From assembly GCA_963797095.1 (NCBI GenBank), contig CAWCNY010000006.1, positions 736,001 to 800,000 on the forward strand: a stretch of 64,000 nt of DNA, read 5' to 3'. The notes under the pieces are model-generated. The model searched no databases and was not told where the DNA came from. It worked only from the letters and a program-made list of their open reading frames with translations. Shown here piece by piece: positions 1 to 8,969 of the stretch (positions are counted from its first letter, which is position 1; every line of letters begins with the position of its first letter). The translations under genes were made by a program, and so were the position numbers. Source of the DNA: an uncultured Chloroflexia bacterium. GTDB lineage: Bacteria; Chloroflexota; Chloroflexia; QHBQ01; JADMIH01.

Positions 1-61
1 TAGAAGGAACCTTATCGCCTGTAAGGACGTTATAGATGGCGAGGAACATGAGCCGAAGTCG

Positions 62-553
62 TTGAGAGAGGCGGGCACTGAGAAAATCGTGGGCAGGAGA
101 GTGATTGATTGGTCGGAGAGCCTGGGTAGCTACGGAATGGGCGGGCCGGGATTCTTCGGGTTGAGATTGGCAGCGCAGGGCGAATACCCGGAGGAATGGC
201 TAGCATTGAGGTTATGGGGCGCTGACAACTGGCTCTTGCTCGACGATCAGTGGGTGGGAGCGCACCCCAACCAGTATGATATTCAGGAGCCTCTCTACAG
301 CAATTTCGGCGAGGAGGGAAGCTGGGATAGAGTGTCGGAGAAGGTGCGCGGTGCGCTGTTGAATGATGTCAAGATCGAGCGCGACCACTCGCTGATTTTT
401 CTGACGGTGGACGCTGCGCCGCATAGATTGGAGATCCCCGCCGACACATCCAGGCTACCGCTCTACGGAGGCACGATGCAGCCCCATGTCTGGAACCCCG
501 ACGAGGACCAGCGGGACGCGTGGATCATCGCGCAAGGCGAGTTGTGGGTCTAA
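62..553 (+). CDS. hypothetical protein
   Basis: 163-aa ORF with protein-like composition, ends 2 nt before the next ATG; start (TTG) uncertain. Confidence 0.6.
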   Translation: MREAGTEKIVGRRVIDWSESLGSYGMGGPGFFGLRLAAQGEYPEEWLALRLWGADNWLLLDDQWVGAHPNQYDIQEPLYSNFGEEGSWDRVSEKVRGALLNDVKIERDHSLIFLTVDAAPHRLEIPADTSRLPLYGGTMQPHVWNPDEDQRDAWIIAQGELWV

Positions 554-555
554 TT

Positions 556-1786
556 ATGAATTTTGACCTTACACAAGAGCAACAACGCATCCAAACCCTG
601 GCGCGCGAGTTCGCGCAGACAGAAGTTGCGCCCGTAGCGCGAGAGGCCGACGAACGCGGGGAGTTCCCTGCCCAGCTGGTGCCGCGCATGGGCGAGTTGG
701 GCTTCCTGGGCGCGCTGATACCGGGCGAGTATGGCGGATCTGGCCTTGATTATCTTAGCTACGCGCTGATTTGCGAGGAGTTGGGGCGCGTCAATTCGTC
801 GGTGCGCGGCTTCTTGACCGTACACGCGGGCCTGGTGGCGGGCTGCATCACCGAGTGGGGCACTGAGGAGCAAAAGCACCGCTACTTGCCCAGGCTTGCC
901 ACAGGCGAGTGGATCGGGTGCTACGCCCTCACCGAGCCGAACGCGGGGTCGGATGCGGCGAGTATCGAGACGACCGCCGCGCAAGTTCCGAGTTCCGAGT
1001 TCCAGGTTCCAAGTTCCAGAGTCAGCTGAGCCAACCGGGAACCAGGAACCAGCAACCGGCAACTCAGATTACACTCTGGAAGGAGAAAAGATCTGGATCA
1101 CCAACGGGGCCAGCGCCAGGCTTGCGATAGTGTTCGCCAGTATTGACAGGAGCCTGCGACACAAAGGGATCTGCGCCTTCCTTGTGGAGACCGACACTCC
1201 CGGGTTCAATAGAGAGGCCATGCCGGGCAAGGAGCTTGGGCACAGGGCCTCGGAGCACGTGCACATCATCATGAAAGGGTGCCGCGTGCCGGGTGATGCC
1301 ATGCTTGGCAGTCCTGGTGAGGGATTCCGGGTGGCGATGTCGGCGCTCGACCGGGGTAGGCTCGGAGTGGCTGCCGGGGCTGTGGGCGTAGCGCAGGCCT
1401 GCCTCGATGCCTCGGTGGCCTATACGCAGGAGAGGTGGCAGTTCGGCCAGCGGATCGCCGATTTCGAGATGGTGCAAGCCAGCCTGGCCGATATGGCCGC
1501 CGATGTTGAGGCCGCGCGGTTGCTCACTTACAAGGCTGCCTGGACCAAAGACAGGGGCTTGCCCGCCACGAAGGCCACCTCCATTGCCAAGCTGTTCGCC
1601 ACCGAGGCGGCGGCTCGCGCGGCGTCGGAGGCGGTGCTGCTGCATGGCAATCGGGGCTATTCAAGCGAGTACCCCGTTGAGCGCCATTACCGCGATATCA
1701 AGGGGTTGCAGATTTACGAGGGCACCAGCCACATCCAGCGAATCATCATCGCGCGAGAGTTGGTTGGGCGGGAGAAGAAGGCTTAG
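556..1786 (+). pseudogene. acyl-CoA dehydrogenase split by an 85-nt heptamer-repeat insertion (frameshifted; possibly phase-variable)
   Basis: N-half MNFDLTQEQ...ALTEPNAGSDAASIETTA in frame 1 (stop 1027-1029); C-half DYTLEGEKIWITNG...IYEGTSHIQR in frame 2; insert 982-1066. Confidence 0.9.
982..1066. repeat. bipartite heptamer repeat: (CRRGTTC)5 arm and (AACCRGS)4 arm, imperfect hairpin
   Basis: caagttc cgagttc cgagttc caggttc caagttc ... aaccggg aaccagg aaccagc aaccggc read directly. Confidence 0.9.
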
Positions 1787-1819
1787 GGTTCAGCGCAGGG
1801 TTGGGCCGCACTGGAAAGG

Positions 1820-2635
1820 ATGATTCCTGTGATAAAGAACAAGCTTCACATCGCACTGGCCGCTTTGGGCCTGCTGGCGGGCATAGCAGCCACCCTTGTC
1901 TGGGGTGCGCTTGCCTCCAGCGCGCAGCCTGCCACCAACTGCCGCGACTTCGCCGAGACCGGGCACAAGGTGTGCGGCAAGTTCCTCGACTACTGGGACC
2001 AGCACGGCGGCCTCGCCCAGCAGGGTTACCCCATCTCCGACGAGTTCGCGGAGTTGAGCGACCTAAACGGGCAGCCCTACACGGTGCAATACTTCGAGCG
2101 CGCGGTGTTCGAGCTACACCCGGAGAACCAGCCGCCTTATGATGTTCTGCTAACACAGCTAGGCACGTTACGCGCCAGGGAGAAGTACCCGACAGGCTTC
2201 CCATCGGCCCAGGAGGTGCCATTCTACGAGGACCGCACAGGCCCTGTCGAGTTGATCCAGTCGTTCTATAACGCGGTCAACCGCAAGGAGTACCAGCGGG
2301 CTTACAGCTACGTCGAAACTAACACCCTCGCGATCAGCTACGACGACTTCGTGAAGTTCTACGAGCCGATCTCGCTGGTCACCTCCTACCTGGGCACGCC
2401 CAAAGAAGAGGGCGCAGCGGGAAGCACCTACGCCAGCCTACCCTTCGTGGCCGTTGGCACCTACACTGATGCCTCGGTTCGCACCTTCTACGGGTGCTTC
2501 GTGCTGCGACATACCAATCCGGGGATCGACCCCGACCCTAACTCTACGCTATGGCGCATCTACGGCTACGCGATCAACGAAGCCCCGCCCAACCTGCCCA
2601 TCGCCCAGATGCTGTCAAGCGGGTGCAAGGAATAG
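1820..2635 (+). CDS. secreted protein with Chloroflexota-type YW..GGL..GYP..VQYFERA domain
   Basis: signal peptide, RBS AAGG; paralogue of 2745..3554. Confidence 0.85.
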   Translation: MIPVIKNKLHIALAALGLLAGIAATLVWGALASSAQPATNCRDFAETGHKVCGKFLDYWDQHGGLAQQGYPISDEFAELSDLNGQPYTVQYFERAVFELHPENQPPYDVLLTQLGTLRAREKYPTGFPSAQEVPFYEDRTGPVELIQSFYNAVNRKEYQRAYSYVETNTLAISYDDFVKFYEPISLVTSYLGTPKEEGAAGSTYASLPFVAVGTYTDASVRTFYGCFVLRHTNPGIDPDPNSTLWRIYGYAINEAPPNLPIAQMLSSGCKE

Positions 2636-2744
2636 TTCCTGCTTGATAGCTCGTACTGTGTACTGCTTTTCGGAATATCAAGATACGTCACTGAAGGATT
2701 CTGCTGTGCCTTTGGTTGGGCGCGGCAGATGAAAGGAGATCATT

Positions 2745-3554
2745 GTGTTTCGGATTAATCGTTCTATAGTTTTGCCTGTTCTTGGCGCTATGGCGGCGCT
2801 GGGCGGCGTTGGGATGGGGGTTTCTCTGTCCCAAGCTCAGCCTGCATCCAATTGCCGCGCTTTCCCTGAAACGGGGCAGCAGATTTGCGGCAGGTTCCTC
2901 ACCTACTGGGCTCAGCACGGCGGGTTGGCCCAGCAGGGTTATCCGCTCAGCGGCGAGTTTACCGAGGTAAGCGACCTTGACGGCAAACCCTACACGGTGC
3001 AATACTTTGAGCGCGCCGTGTTCGAGCTACACCCGGAGAACCAGCCGCCGTACGATGTGCTGTTGTCGCAGTTGGGCACGTTCAGGGCCAAAGAGAAGTA
3101 CCCCAACGGCTTCCCAAGCAACGGCCAGACCCCGCCACCCTTCTACGAGGACCGCACCGACCCGGCCAACTTCATGCAGTCGTTCTACAACGCGATCAAC
3201 CGCAAGGAGTACCAGCGGGCTTACAGCTATTTCGATACAGGGACCGACAAGCCGTCGTATGACGACTTTGTGGCCGGGTACAGCGATACAGTGAGCGTGA
3301 CCGTCTACATAGGCAAGTATGAGCAGGATGCAGGCGCGGGCAACGTCTACGCAAGCGTGCCGACCGTACTGGTGGCGGCCCACACAGATGGGAGTGTGCA
3401 TACATACGCCGCTTGTTATATACTCCACCATACAAACCCCGGCATAGACCCCGCGCCCGATGCCGCGCTCTGGAAGGTGCAGAAGGGCACCGCCACCGAG
3501 GATACCTCGGGAACGCCCATAGCCGCCTTGCTTGAGAGACCTTGTGGGCCGTAA
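2745..3554 (+). CDS. secreted protein, tandem paralogue of 1820..2635
   Basis: RBS AAGGAG + GTG; shares PYTVQYFERAVFELHPENQPPYDVLL and FYNAxNRKEYQRAYSY. Confidence 0.85.
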   Translation: MFRINRSIVLPVLGAMAALGGVGMGVSLSQAQPASNCRAFPETGQQICGRFLTYWAQHGGLAQQGYPLSGEFTEVSDLDGKPYTVQYFERAVFELHPENQPPYDVLLSQLGTFRAKEKYPNGFPSNGQTPPPFYEDRTDPANFMQSFYNAINRKEYQRAYSYFDTGTDKPSYDDFVAGYSDTVSVTVYIGKYEQDAGAGNVYASVPTVLVAAHTDGSVHTYAACYILHHTNPGIDPAPDAALWKVQKGTATEDTSGTPIAALLERPCGP

Positions 3555-3573
3555 AGCTACGAAATAAGCAATA

Positions 3574-3644
3574 GGGGCACCCACGCGAAGGTGCCCCGTC
3601 GGCCACAGATCGCGGCTTGCGAACAGGGCACCCGTGTGGGTGCC
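3574..3644. repeat. two REP-like GGGCACC...GGTGCC hairpins
   Basis: ggggcacccacgcgaaggtgcccc and gggcacccgtgtgggtgcc in the intergenic gap. Confidence 0.55.
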
Positions 3645-3695
3645 AATACGGGTTTGTGCACTATTTGTCGGAGTGCTTAGTCAGGAGGGAATACA

Positions 3696-5045
3696 ATGCC
3701 GTATTCGGAGTACTGGAACCCTAAGAACGAGACGATGCCGCGTGAGGAGATCGAGCAGCTACAGCTTGTGAAGCTGCGGCGGATGGTAGATTACGCTTAC
3801 GAGCGGGTGCCGTTCCATCGGAAGAGTTGGGACGCGGCAGGGTTCAAGCCTGAGCAGTTGAATTCGCTGGATGATCTGCGCCGCATTCCGTTCATGACCC
3901 GCGAGGAGTGGATGGAGTCGTTGCAGGAGAAGCCCCTCTTTGGCGACCTCCTCTCCACCGACCCGGTGCACGCTACGCGCTACCATCTCACCTCAGGCAC
4001 CACCGGGCGGACGCCTATCCGCGTGCTCGATAGCCTGAAAGACTGGGAGTGGATCGCCGAAATGTGGTGCTATGGGCTGTGGGGTTTCGGGATCAGGCCC
4101 GAAGACATAGTCTACTTTGCCTTCGGCTACGGTTCGTTCATAGGCTTCTGGGGCGCGCACATGGCCTGCGAGAAGATGGGCGCGCTCGTCATCCCCGGCG
4201 GCGCGCAAACCACCGAGGCCCGCATCAAGCAGATCGTTGAGCTAGGCGTGACCACCGTTTGCTCCACCCCCACCTACGCACTGAACATGTGGGCCAAGGC
4301 GCGGGAGATGGGCATCGACCTCGCAAAAGAGAGCAAGGTCGACAAGCTGATCGCGTCGGGCGAGCCTGCCGGCTCCATCCCTGCCGCCAAGCGCCAGCTT
4401 GAGCAAGCCTGGGGCGCGAAGTGCGGTGACACCGCTGGTATGACCGAGCTTGGCACGATCATGATCTTCGAGTGCTCGCACCAACCCGGCGGCACCCACA
4501 TCATCGAGGACCACTATATAGAGGAAGTGATCAACCCCGAAACGGGCGAGCCTGTCGGCTACGGCGAATTGGGCGAGCGCGTGGTCACCTCCTTCGGTCG
4601 CGGCTTCATCCCGGTAGTACGCTACCGCACCAAGGACATGGTGATGAAGGTGCCCGCATCTACGTGCACCTGCGGCAGGACCTGGGATATCTACGACGGC
4701 GGCATCCGTGGTCGCTGGGACGATATGAAGTTGATCCGTGGCACCAACGTCTACCCACGCGCCGTGGAGTCCATCGTTCGCGAGTACGAAGCGATAGAGG
4801 AGTTCCAGATCTACGTCTGGCGCAAAGACGACCTCCAGGACGAGATCAGTGTGAAGGTAGAGATCAAGCCCGGCCACGAGGACGCGTGGCACAACCTGCA
4901 CCGGGCTATGGTCAAAGACCTGGCGCAGGCGCACGAAGGTTTGCGCTTCAACGTCGACCGCGTCGAGCACGGCACCCTCCCCAGGTTCGAGCTAAAGGCC
5001 AAGCGGCTGGTAGATGCGCGGCCAGTAGCAAGATACGACGAGTGA
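3696..5045 (+). CDS. phenylacetate-CoA ligase family (PaaK-like) adenylate-forming enzyme
   Basis: TSGTTG P-loop, GEP, RYRTKD, GRWDDMKLIRGTNVYP motifs; RBS AGGAGG. Confidence 0.9.
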   Translation: MPYSEYWNPKNETMPREEIEQLQLVKLRRMVDYAYERVPFHRKSWDAAGFKPEQLNSLDDLRRIPFMTREEWMESLQEKPLFGDLLSTDPVHATRYHLTSGTTGRTPIRVLDSLKDWEWIAEMWCYGLWGFGIRPEDIVYFAFGYGSFIGFWGAHMACEKMGALVIPGGAQTTEARIKQIVELGVTTVCSTPTYALNMWAKAREMGIDLAKESKVDKLIASGEPAGSIPAAKRQLEQAWGAKCGDTAGMTELGTIMIFECSHQPGGTHIIEDHYIEEVINPETGEPVGYGELGERVVTSFGRGFIPVVRYRTKDMVMKVPASTCTCGRTWDIYDGGIRGRWDDMKLIRGTNVYPRAVESIVREYEAIEEFQIYVWRKDDLQDEISVKVEIKPGHEDAWHNLHRAMVKDLAQAHEGLRFNVDRVEHGTLPRFELKAKRLVDARPVARYDE

Positions 5046-5060
5046 TGAGTGACAAGCTTT

Positions 5061-5102
5061 CCGACTACCGACTACCGACTACCGACTACCGACTACCGAC
5101 TA
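5061..5102. repeat. (CCGACTA)6 heptamer tandem repeat
   Basis: six exact copies counted. Confidence 0.95.
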
Positions 5103-5125
5103 CCATCCGATTCGAAGGATGACCT

Positions 5126-5950
5126 GTGAGCAATAGCACTGACATAAACCGTGAGGTGGCGGCGATCTGGGACGCTAATGCCGCCTGGTGGGACGAGCAG
5201 ACGGGCGAGGGCAACGTCTCGCAGAAATCGCTGATCATGCCCGCCATCGAAAAGCTGCTTCAATTGCAGCCCGGTGAGACTGCCCTTGAGGTGGCTTGCG
5301 GCAACGGGTACTTCTCGCGGCGCATGATTGGCCTGGGGGCCGCCAGGGTGGTGGCCCTCGATTTCAGCGCGAAGTTCATCGAGATCGCCCGCGCCAGGAC
5401 CGGGCAAACAGGGCCGAGCGACAAGATCGAGTTCCACCGGATAGATGCTACAGACGAGGCGGCGCTGCTTGCCCTCGGCGAAAGGCGATTCGATGCGGCG
5501 GTAGCTAACATGGCGCTGATGGACATGGCCGAGATCGAGCCGTTGATGCGAGCGCTGTCACGCCTCTTGAAGCCGGGCGGGCGGTTCGTCTTTTCGGTGA
5601 CGCACCTCTACTTCAACCACACAGGGATTTCCAGGGTATTGGAGGAGGTCACAGGCGAAGATGGGCGGCTCGCGGAGCAATTCAGCGTGAGGGTCACGCA
5701 CTACGCCAGTTTCGGGGACGGCACGCCCAGGCTGGGGATCGCAATCCCGGACCAGCCCAAATCACAGTACTACTTCGAGCGCACCCTGGCAGGCTTGCTT
5801 GGCGCGGCCTTCCGCGCGGGCCTGGTGCTCGACGGTCTTGAGGAACCCACCTTCGGCCCGGAGGTCGAGGCTAAGCGCACTATGTCGTGGGTAAACTGGC
5901 ACGAGATCCCACCTTTTATGATAGCGCGTCTGCGCGTACCAATGGCTTGA
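5126..5950 (+). CDS. class I SAM-dependent methyltransferase
   Basis: ALEVACGNG motif I, VALDFS, FDAAVANMAL, LLKPGGRFVF. Confidence 0.9.
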   Translation: MSNSTDINREVAAIWDANAAWWDEQTGEGNVSQKSLIMPAIEKLLQLQPGETALEVACGNGYFSRRMIGLGAARVVALDFSAKFIEIARARTGQTGPSDKIEFHRIDATDEAALLALGERRFDAAVANMALMDMAEIEPLMRALSRLLKPGGRFVFSVTHLYFNHTGISRVLEEVTGEDGRLAEQFSVRVTHYASFGDGTPRLGIAIPDQPKSQYYFERTLAGLLGAAFRAGLVLDGLEEPTFGPEVEAKRTMSWVNWHEIPPFMIARLRVPMA

Positions 5951-5966
5951 CGCGGAGGGCACACAG

Positions 5967-6770
5967 ATGGCAAACGGACGCTGGGTAGTTGTGCTCGCGG
6001 TGGTGGGCTGGCTGGCGGCTGGCCTGTCAGCGGGCATCCTGATCGGTGTCCTTATAACCAGATCGGACAGCCAGGTCAATAGCACCAACGCCATACCTAC
6101 CGCAGTGATAGCGCAGGTCGTTGAGCCTACATCGACCGTTGCTTTGCCCGCCGAAAGCGTATCCACCGCTACGCCCGTGCCGCTGGAGCCTTCGGCCACG
6201 CCTACTGTACCCGAAAGTGCCCCATCCCCGACTCCTATGGTTGCCGCGAGCGAACCGTCTGCTACCCCTCAAGCGGTGGGGAAGTCGGCTGCGCCGCCTG
6301 CCTTCGTGGGGGTGGTAGACAACTCGGATGCGTTTATCGGGATCGCGAAAAGCGGTAAGTCAATGCTGGTATATGTGTGCGACGGCAACCAGGGCCATGA
6401 GACAATAGCCGAATGGTTCAAGGGAGATGTATCTGATAGCAATAACTTCGATCTGGTATCTGAGGCGGGCGCTCACCTGGCCGGGAACGTGGCTGGGGAT
6501 GGGATTGATGGGATCGTAACCCTCCCCAACGGTACGAAGCTCAATTTCAAGGCGAGCCAGGTATCGGGAGATGGTGGGCTGGCCCGCGTGGAGGAGAGCA
6601 AAGGTGGCAAGCCGAGGATAAGGGGATGGATATTCATGCCGGACGGGCGGTTCCGGGGCGATGGGTTCCCCACCTATTGCCAGGGAGACGAGGCAAGCGG
6701 CAACGTATATTGCCCGGCGGCAGGGACTACTGACCAGTTCTTTACGTGGTGCCGAAGTTGTTACCCGTAG
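5967..6770 (+). CDS. membrane-anchored exported protein with Pro/Thr-rich linker and Cys-rich C-terminus
   Basis: N-terminal TM, PTATP-like linker, RBS GGAGG. Confidence 0.75.
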   Translation: MANGRWVVVLAVVGWLAAGLSAGILIGVLITRSDSQVNSTNAIPTAVIAQVVEPTSTVALPAESVSTATPVPLEPSATPTVPESAPSPTPMVAASEPSATPQAVGKSAAPPAFVGVVDNSDAFIGIAKSGKSMLVYVCDGNQGHETIAEWFKGDVSDSNNFDLVSEAGAHLAGNVAGDGIDGIVTLPNGTKLNFKASQVSGDGGLARVEESKGGKPRIRGWIFMPDGRFRGDGFPTYCQGDEASGNVYCPAAGTTDQFFTWCRSCYP

Positions 6771-6788
6771 GATGATAGGAGGTTAGTT

Positions 6789-7001
6789 ATGGCTGAGACA
6801 AAGACCGATCTGATTGGCAAGCCGTTGACAGCGCAAGAGCGCGAGATATTGGACGTTTATGGAGCCCTGAAACGGCTGGCCGCCCAGGATGACCTCCCGC
6901 CCTGCGCGGCCCGCAACGTGCGCAAGGCGCTATCTTGTATGTGGCAGGCCACCAACGACCTGCGCCTGCAGTTCGAGCAACTCTATGACGTCGGTGTGTG
7001 A
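6789..7001 (+). CDS. small helical hypothetical protein
   Basis: 70 aa, strong RBS AGGAGGT. Confidence 0.75.
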   Translation: MAETKTDLIGKPLTAQEREILDVYGALKRLAAQDDLPPCAARNVRKALSCMWQATNDLRLQFEQLYDVGV

Positions 7002-7061
7002 AATGTACAAGTGGAAGGGGTTGCGCAAGGCGCTAAAATCTGCTAACATTCGGCCATTATA

Positions 7062-7131
7062 ATCAGGGATCAGGAACCAGGGTGCAGTTTGCCGTATGCA
7101 AAACGCATTGATTCCTGATCCCTGATCCCTG
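7062..7131. repeat. heptamer hairpin: ATCAGGG-type arm / CCCTGAT-type arm
   Basis: atcaggg atcagga accaggg ... ttgattc ctgatcc ctgatcc ctg. Confidence 0.8.
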
Positions 7132-7147
7132 GAGAAAGGGTGAAGCC

Positions 7148-7612
7148 ATGCAAAGCGACCTTATCACGCATGTGCAAGCGGCTGACGCGCCACCGGCTAT
7201 TGGTCCTTATTCACAGGCTGTCGTAGCAAACGGGTTTGTGTTCTGTACGGGGCAGGTGGCAATAGATCCTCATGGCGACCACATTGTAGAGGGCGATATC
7301 AAGACGCAGACACACCGGGTGATCCAAAATCTTGGCGCTGTGCTATCGGCTGCCGGGTCGGGCCTGAGCCATGTGGTCAGGACCACTGTGTTCTTGACGC
7401 GCTTTTCCGACTTCGAGGCGATGAACGAAGTATACGCGCAGTATTTCACCGAGACGCTGCCCGCACGCTCCACTGTGCAGGTGGGGGCGCTTCCACGCGG
7501 ATTGCTGGTGCAGATCGACTGCATAGCCGTAGTGCCCGGCTCTGTGGTGCAGGTGATCGAAGCAAGAGAATCGGAGTCGTTGTTTGATCTCGATGCGGAC
7601 GCGGATTTCTAG
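7148..7612 (+). CDS. ridA: RidA/YjgF family enamine deaminase with acidic C-terminal tail
   Basis: APPAIGPYSQAV, GQVAIDP, MNEVYAQYF, PARSTV motifs. Confidence 0.9.
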   Translation: MQSDLITHVQAADAPPAIGPYSQAVVANGFVFCTGQVAIDPHGDHIVEGDIKTQTHRVIQNLGAVLSAAGSGLSHVVRTTVFLTRFSDFEAMNEVYAQYFTETLPARSTVQVGALPRGLLVQIDCIAVVPGSVVQVIEARESESLFDLDADADF

Positions 7613-7660
7613 GTCTAGGACGAAACACGCGGGACGAACGCTCTCAAATAGATTATCTTG

Positions 7661-7740
7661 AACCGGGAACCAGCAACCAGCAACCAGCAACCAGCAACCA
7701 GCAACCTGGAACCTGGAACCTGGAACCTGGAACCGGTAAC
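7661..7740. repeat. heptamer array AACCGGG (AACCAGC)5 (AACCTGG)4
   Basis: read directly; same AACCNGS units as the 982-1066 insert. Confidence 0.92.
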
Positions 7741-7776
7741 TTCCTTCGTCCTTTACCGCCGTACAAAGGAGTACAA

Positions 7777-8553
7777 ATGGCCGTAACTACTGCGAACAGT
7801 AGAGAGCAAGGGCGAGCACCGCTCCCTTTGACCAGCAGGCGCGACCTCTGGTGGGTCAGGCCGCTGGTGACGGTGGTGGTGCTGGGCGCGTTCGTGGTTT
7901 ATTCGACGGTGCGGGCCTTCGTATACGCCGATTATGAGGTAGGGCCGTACCTGTCCCCCTTCTACGCGCCCTTCATACCGATAGATTGGAACCTGTTTGG
8001 CTACATCGTTTCCCCTGCCTTCTACATCCTGATCTTCCCCCTCAGTTTCCGGCTCACCTGCTACTATTACAGGCAAGCCTACTACAGGGCTTTCTTCTGG
8101 GACCCTCCCGCGTGCGCTGTGCGCGAGCCACGTCCCAGGAAGAAGTACACAGGAGAGCGGAGCTTTCCGTTCGTGTTGCAAAACATACACCGCTACTCCC
8201 TCTATTTCGCGTTGATCTTCATCGTCATACTGGCGTACGACGCGGTCAGGGCGTTCTTTTTCTCCGATGGGTTCCACATAAACGTGGGATCGCTGGTGTT
8301 CGTAGCGAACGTGATGCTGCTGGGTGTGTACACGTTCTCCTGCCATTCATGGCGGCACCTTATCGGAGGCGGTGTAGATTGCTATTCCTGCGATGCCATG
8401 ACCAAGACACGCTACGGGCTTTGGAAGCGATTCACCTTCTTGAACGAGCGCCACGCGTGGTTCGCCTGGATCAGCCTGTTCGCAGTGGCGCTGACCGACC
8501 TGTATGTGTGGTTGGTAGCTTCGGGGGCGATCACCGATTTCCGTTTTATATAG
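7777..8553 (+). CDS. succinate dehydrogenase membrane anchor, actinobacterial Sdh1 type
   Basis: YLSPFY, FRLTCYYYRQAYYRAF, SCHSWRH, H..FAWISL; upstream of sdhA. Confidence 0.8.
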   Translation: MAVTTANSREQGRAPLPLTSRRDLWWVRPLVTVVVLGAFVVYSTVRAFVYADYEVGPYLSPFYAPFIPIDWNLFGYIVSPAFYILIFPLSFRLTCYYYRQAYYRAFFWDPPACAVREPRPRKKYTGERSFPFVLQNIHRYSLYFALIFIVILAYDAVRAFFFSDGFHINVGSLVFVANVMLLGVYTFSCHSWRHLIGGGVDCYSCDAMTKTRYGLWKRFTFLNERHAWFAWISLFAVALTDLYVWLVASGAITDFRFI

Positions 8554-8619
8554 CCATTTCTTCTAACGGATGGCCTGCCCGGCGTACGCGGATGCAGGCC
8601 AGGAATAGTGGAGCGGTAA

Positions 8620-8943
8620 ATGATAGATAAGTTCAAAGTGATCGGCATGTGGGCGGTGACTATGTTGGCGGGGAATCTCCTGGCTTTGGGGTTAGGATAT
8701 GGTGGAATGTTCATCGCTGACAAGTTCGACCTGTATGTACGAGGAATTGGGCCGAATACTGCGGGCACGCCTCTTTCCGCGCATATCGCCTGGGGATTGG
8801 TAGGGTTTCTAGCGCTGTTCAACCTGCTGATGGGGGCGGTGCTGGTGTTATTGCTGTTCTGGCTTGTGGGATCGGTGGTTGGCCTGCTCGTGAGGCTTGT
8901 GCAGCACATCTACTTGAGATTGGCGCAGACCACAGGAGTTTAA
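8620..8943 (+). CDS. small membrane protein (2-3 TM)
   Basis: hydrophobic 107-aa ORF with RBS GGAG, inside the sdh operon. Confidence 0.6.
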   Translation: MIDKFKVIGMWAVTMLAGNLLALGLGYGGMFIADKFDLYVRGIGPNTAGTPLSAHIAWGLVGFLALFNLLMGAVLVLLLFWLVGSVVGLLVRLVQHIYLRLAQTTGV

Positions 8944-8969
8944 TACGATTGTTGATATTCTGATGGAGT

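Noticed and set aside
982-1066. Ribosomal bypass element or self-splicing intron
   Set aside because: No landing codon matching the pre-stop AGC in the downstream frame; too short and lacking group I/II motifs
6920-7035. 13-nt repeat GCGCAAGGCGCTA at 6920 and 7023
   Set aside because: Only two copies, one inside coding sequence; no supporting structure
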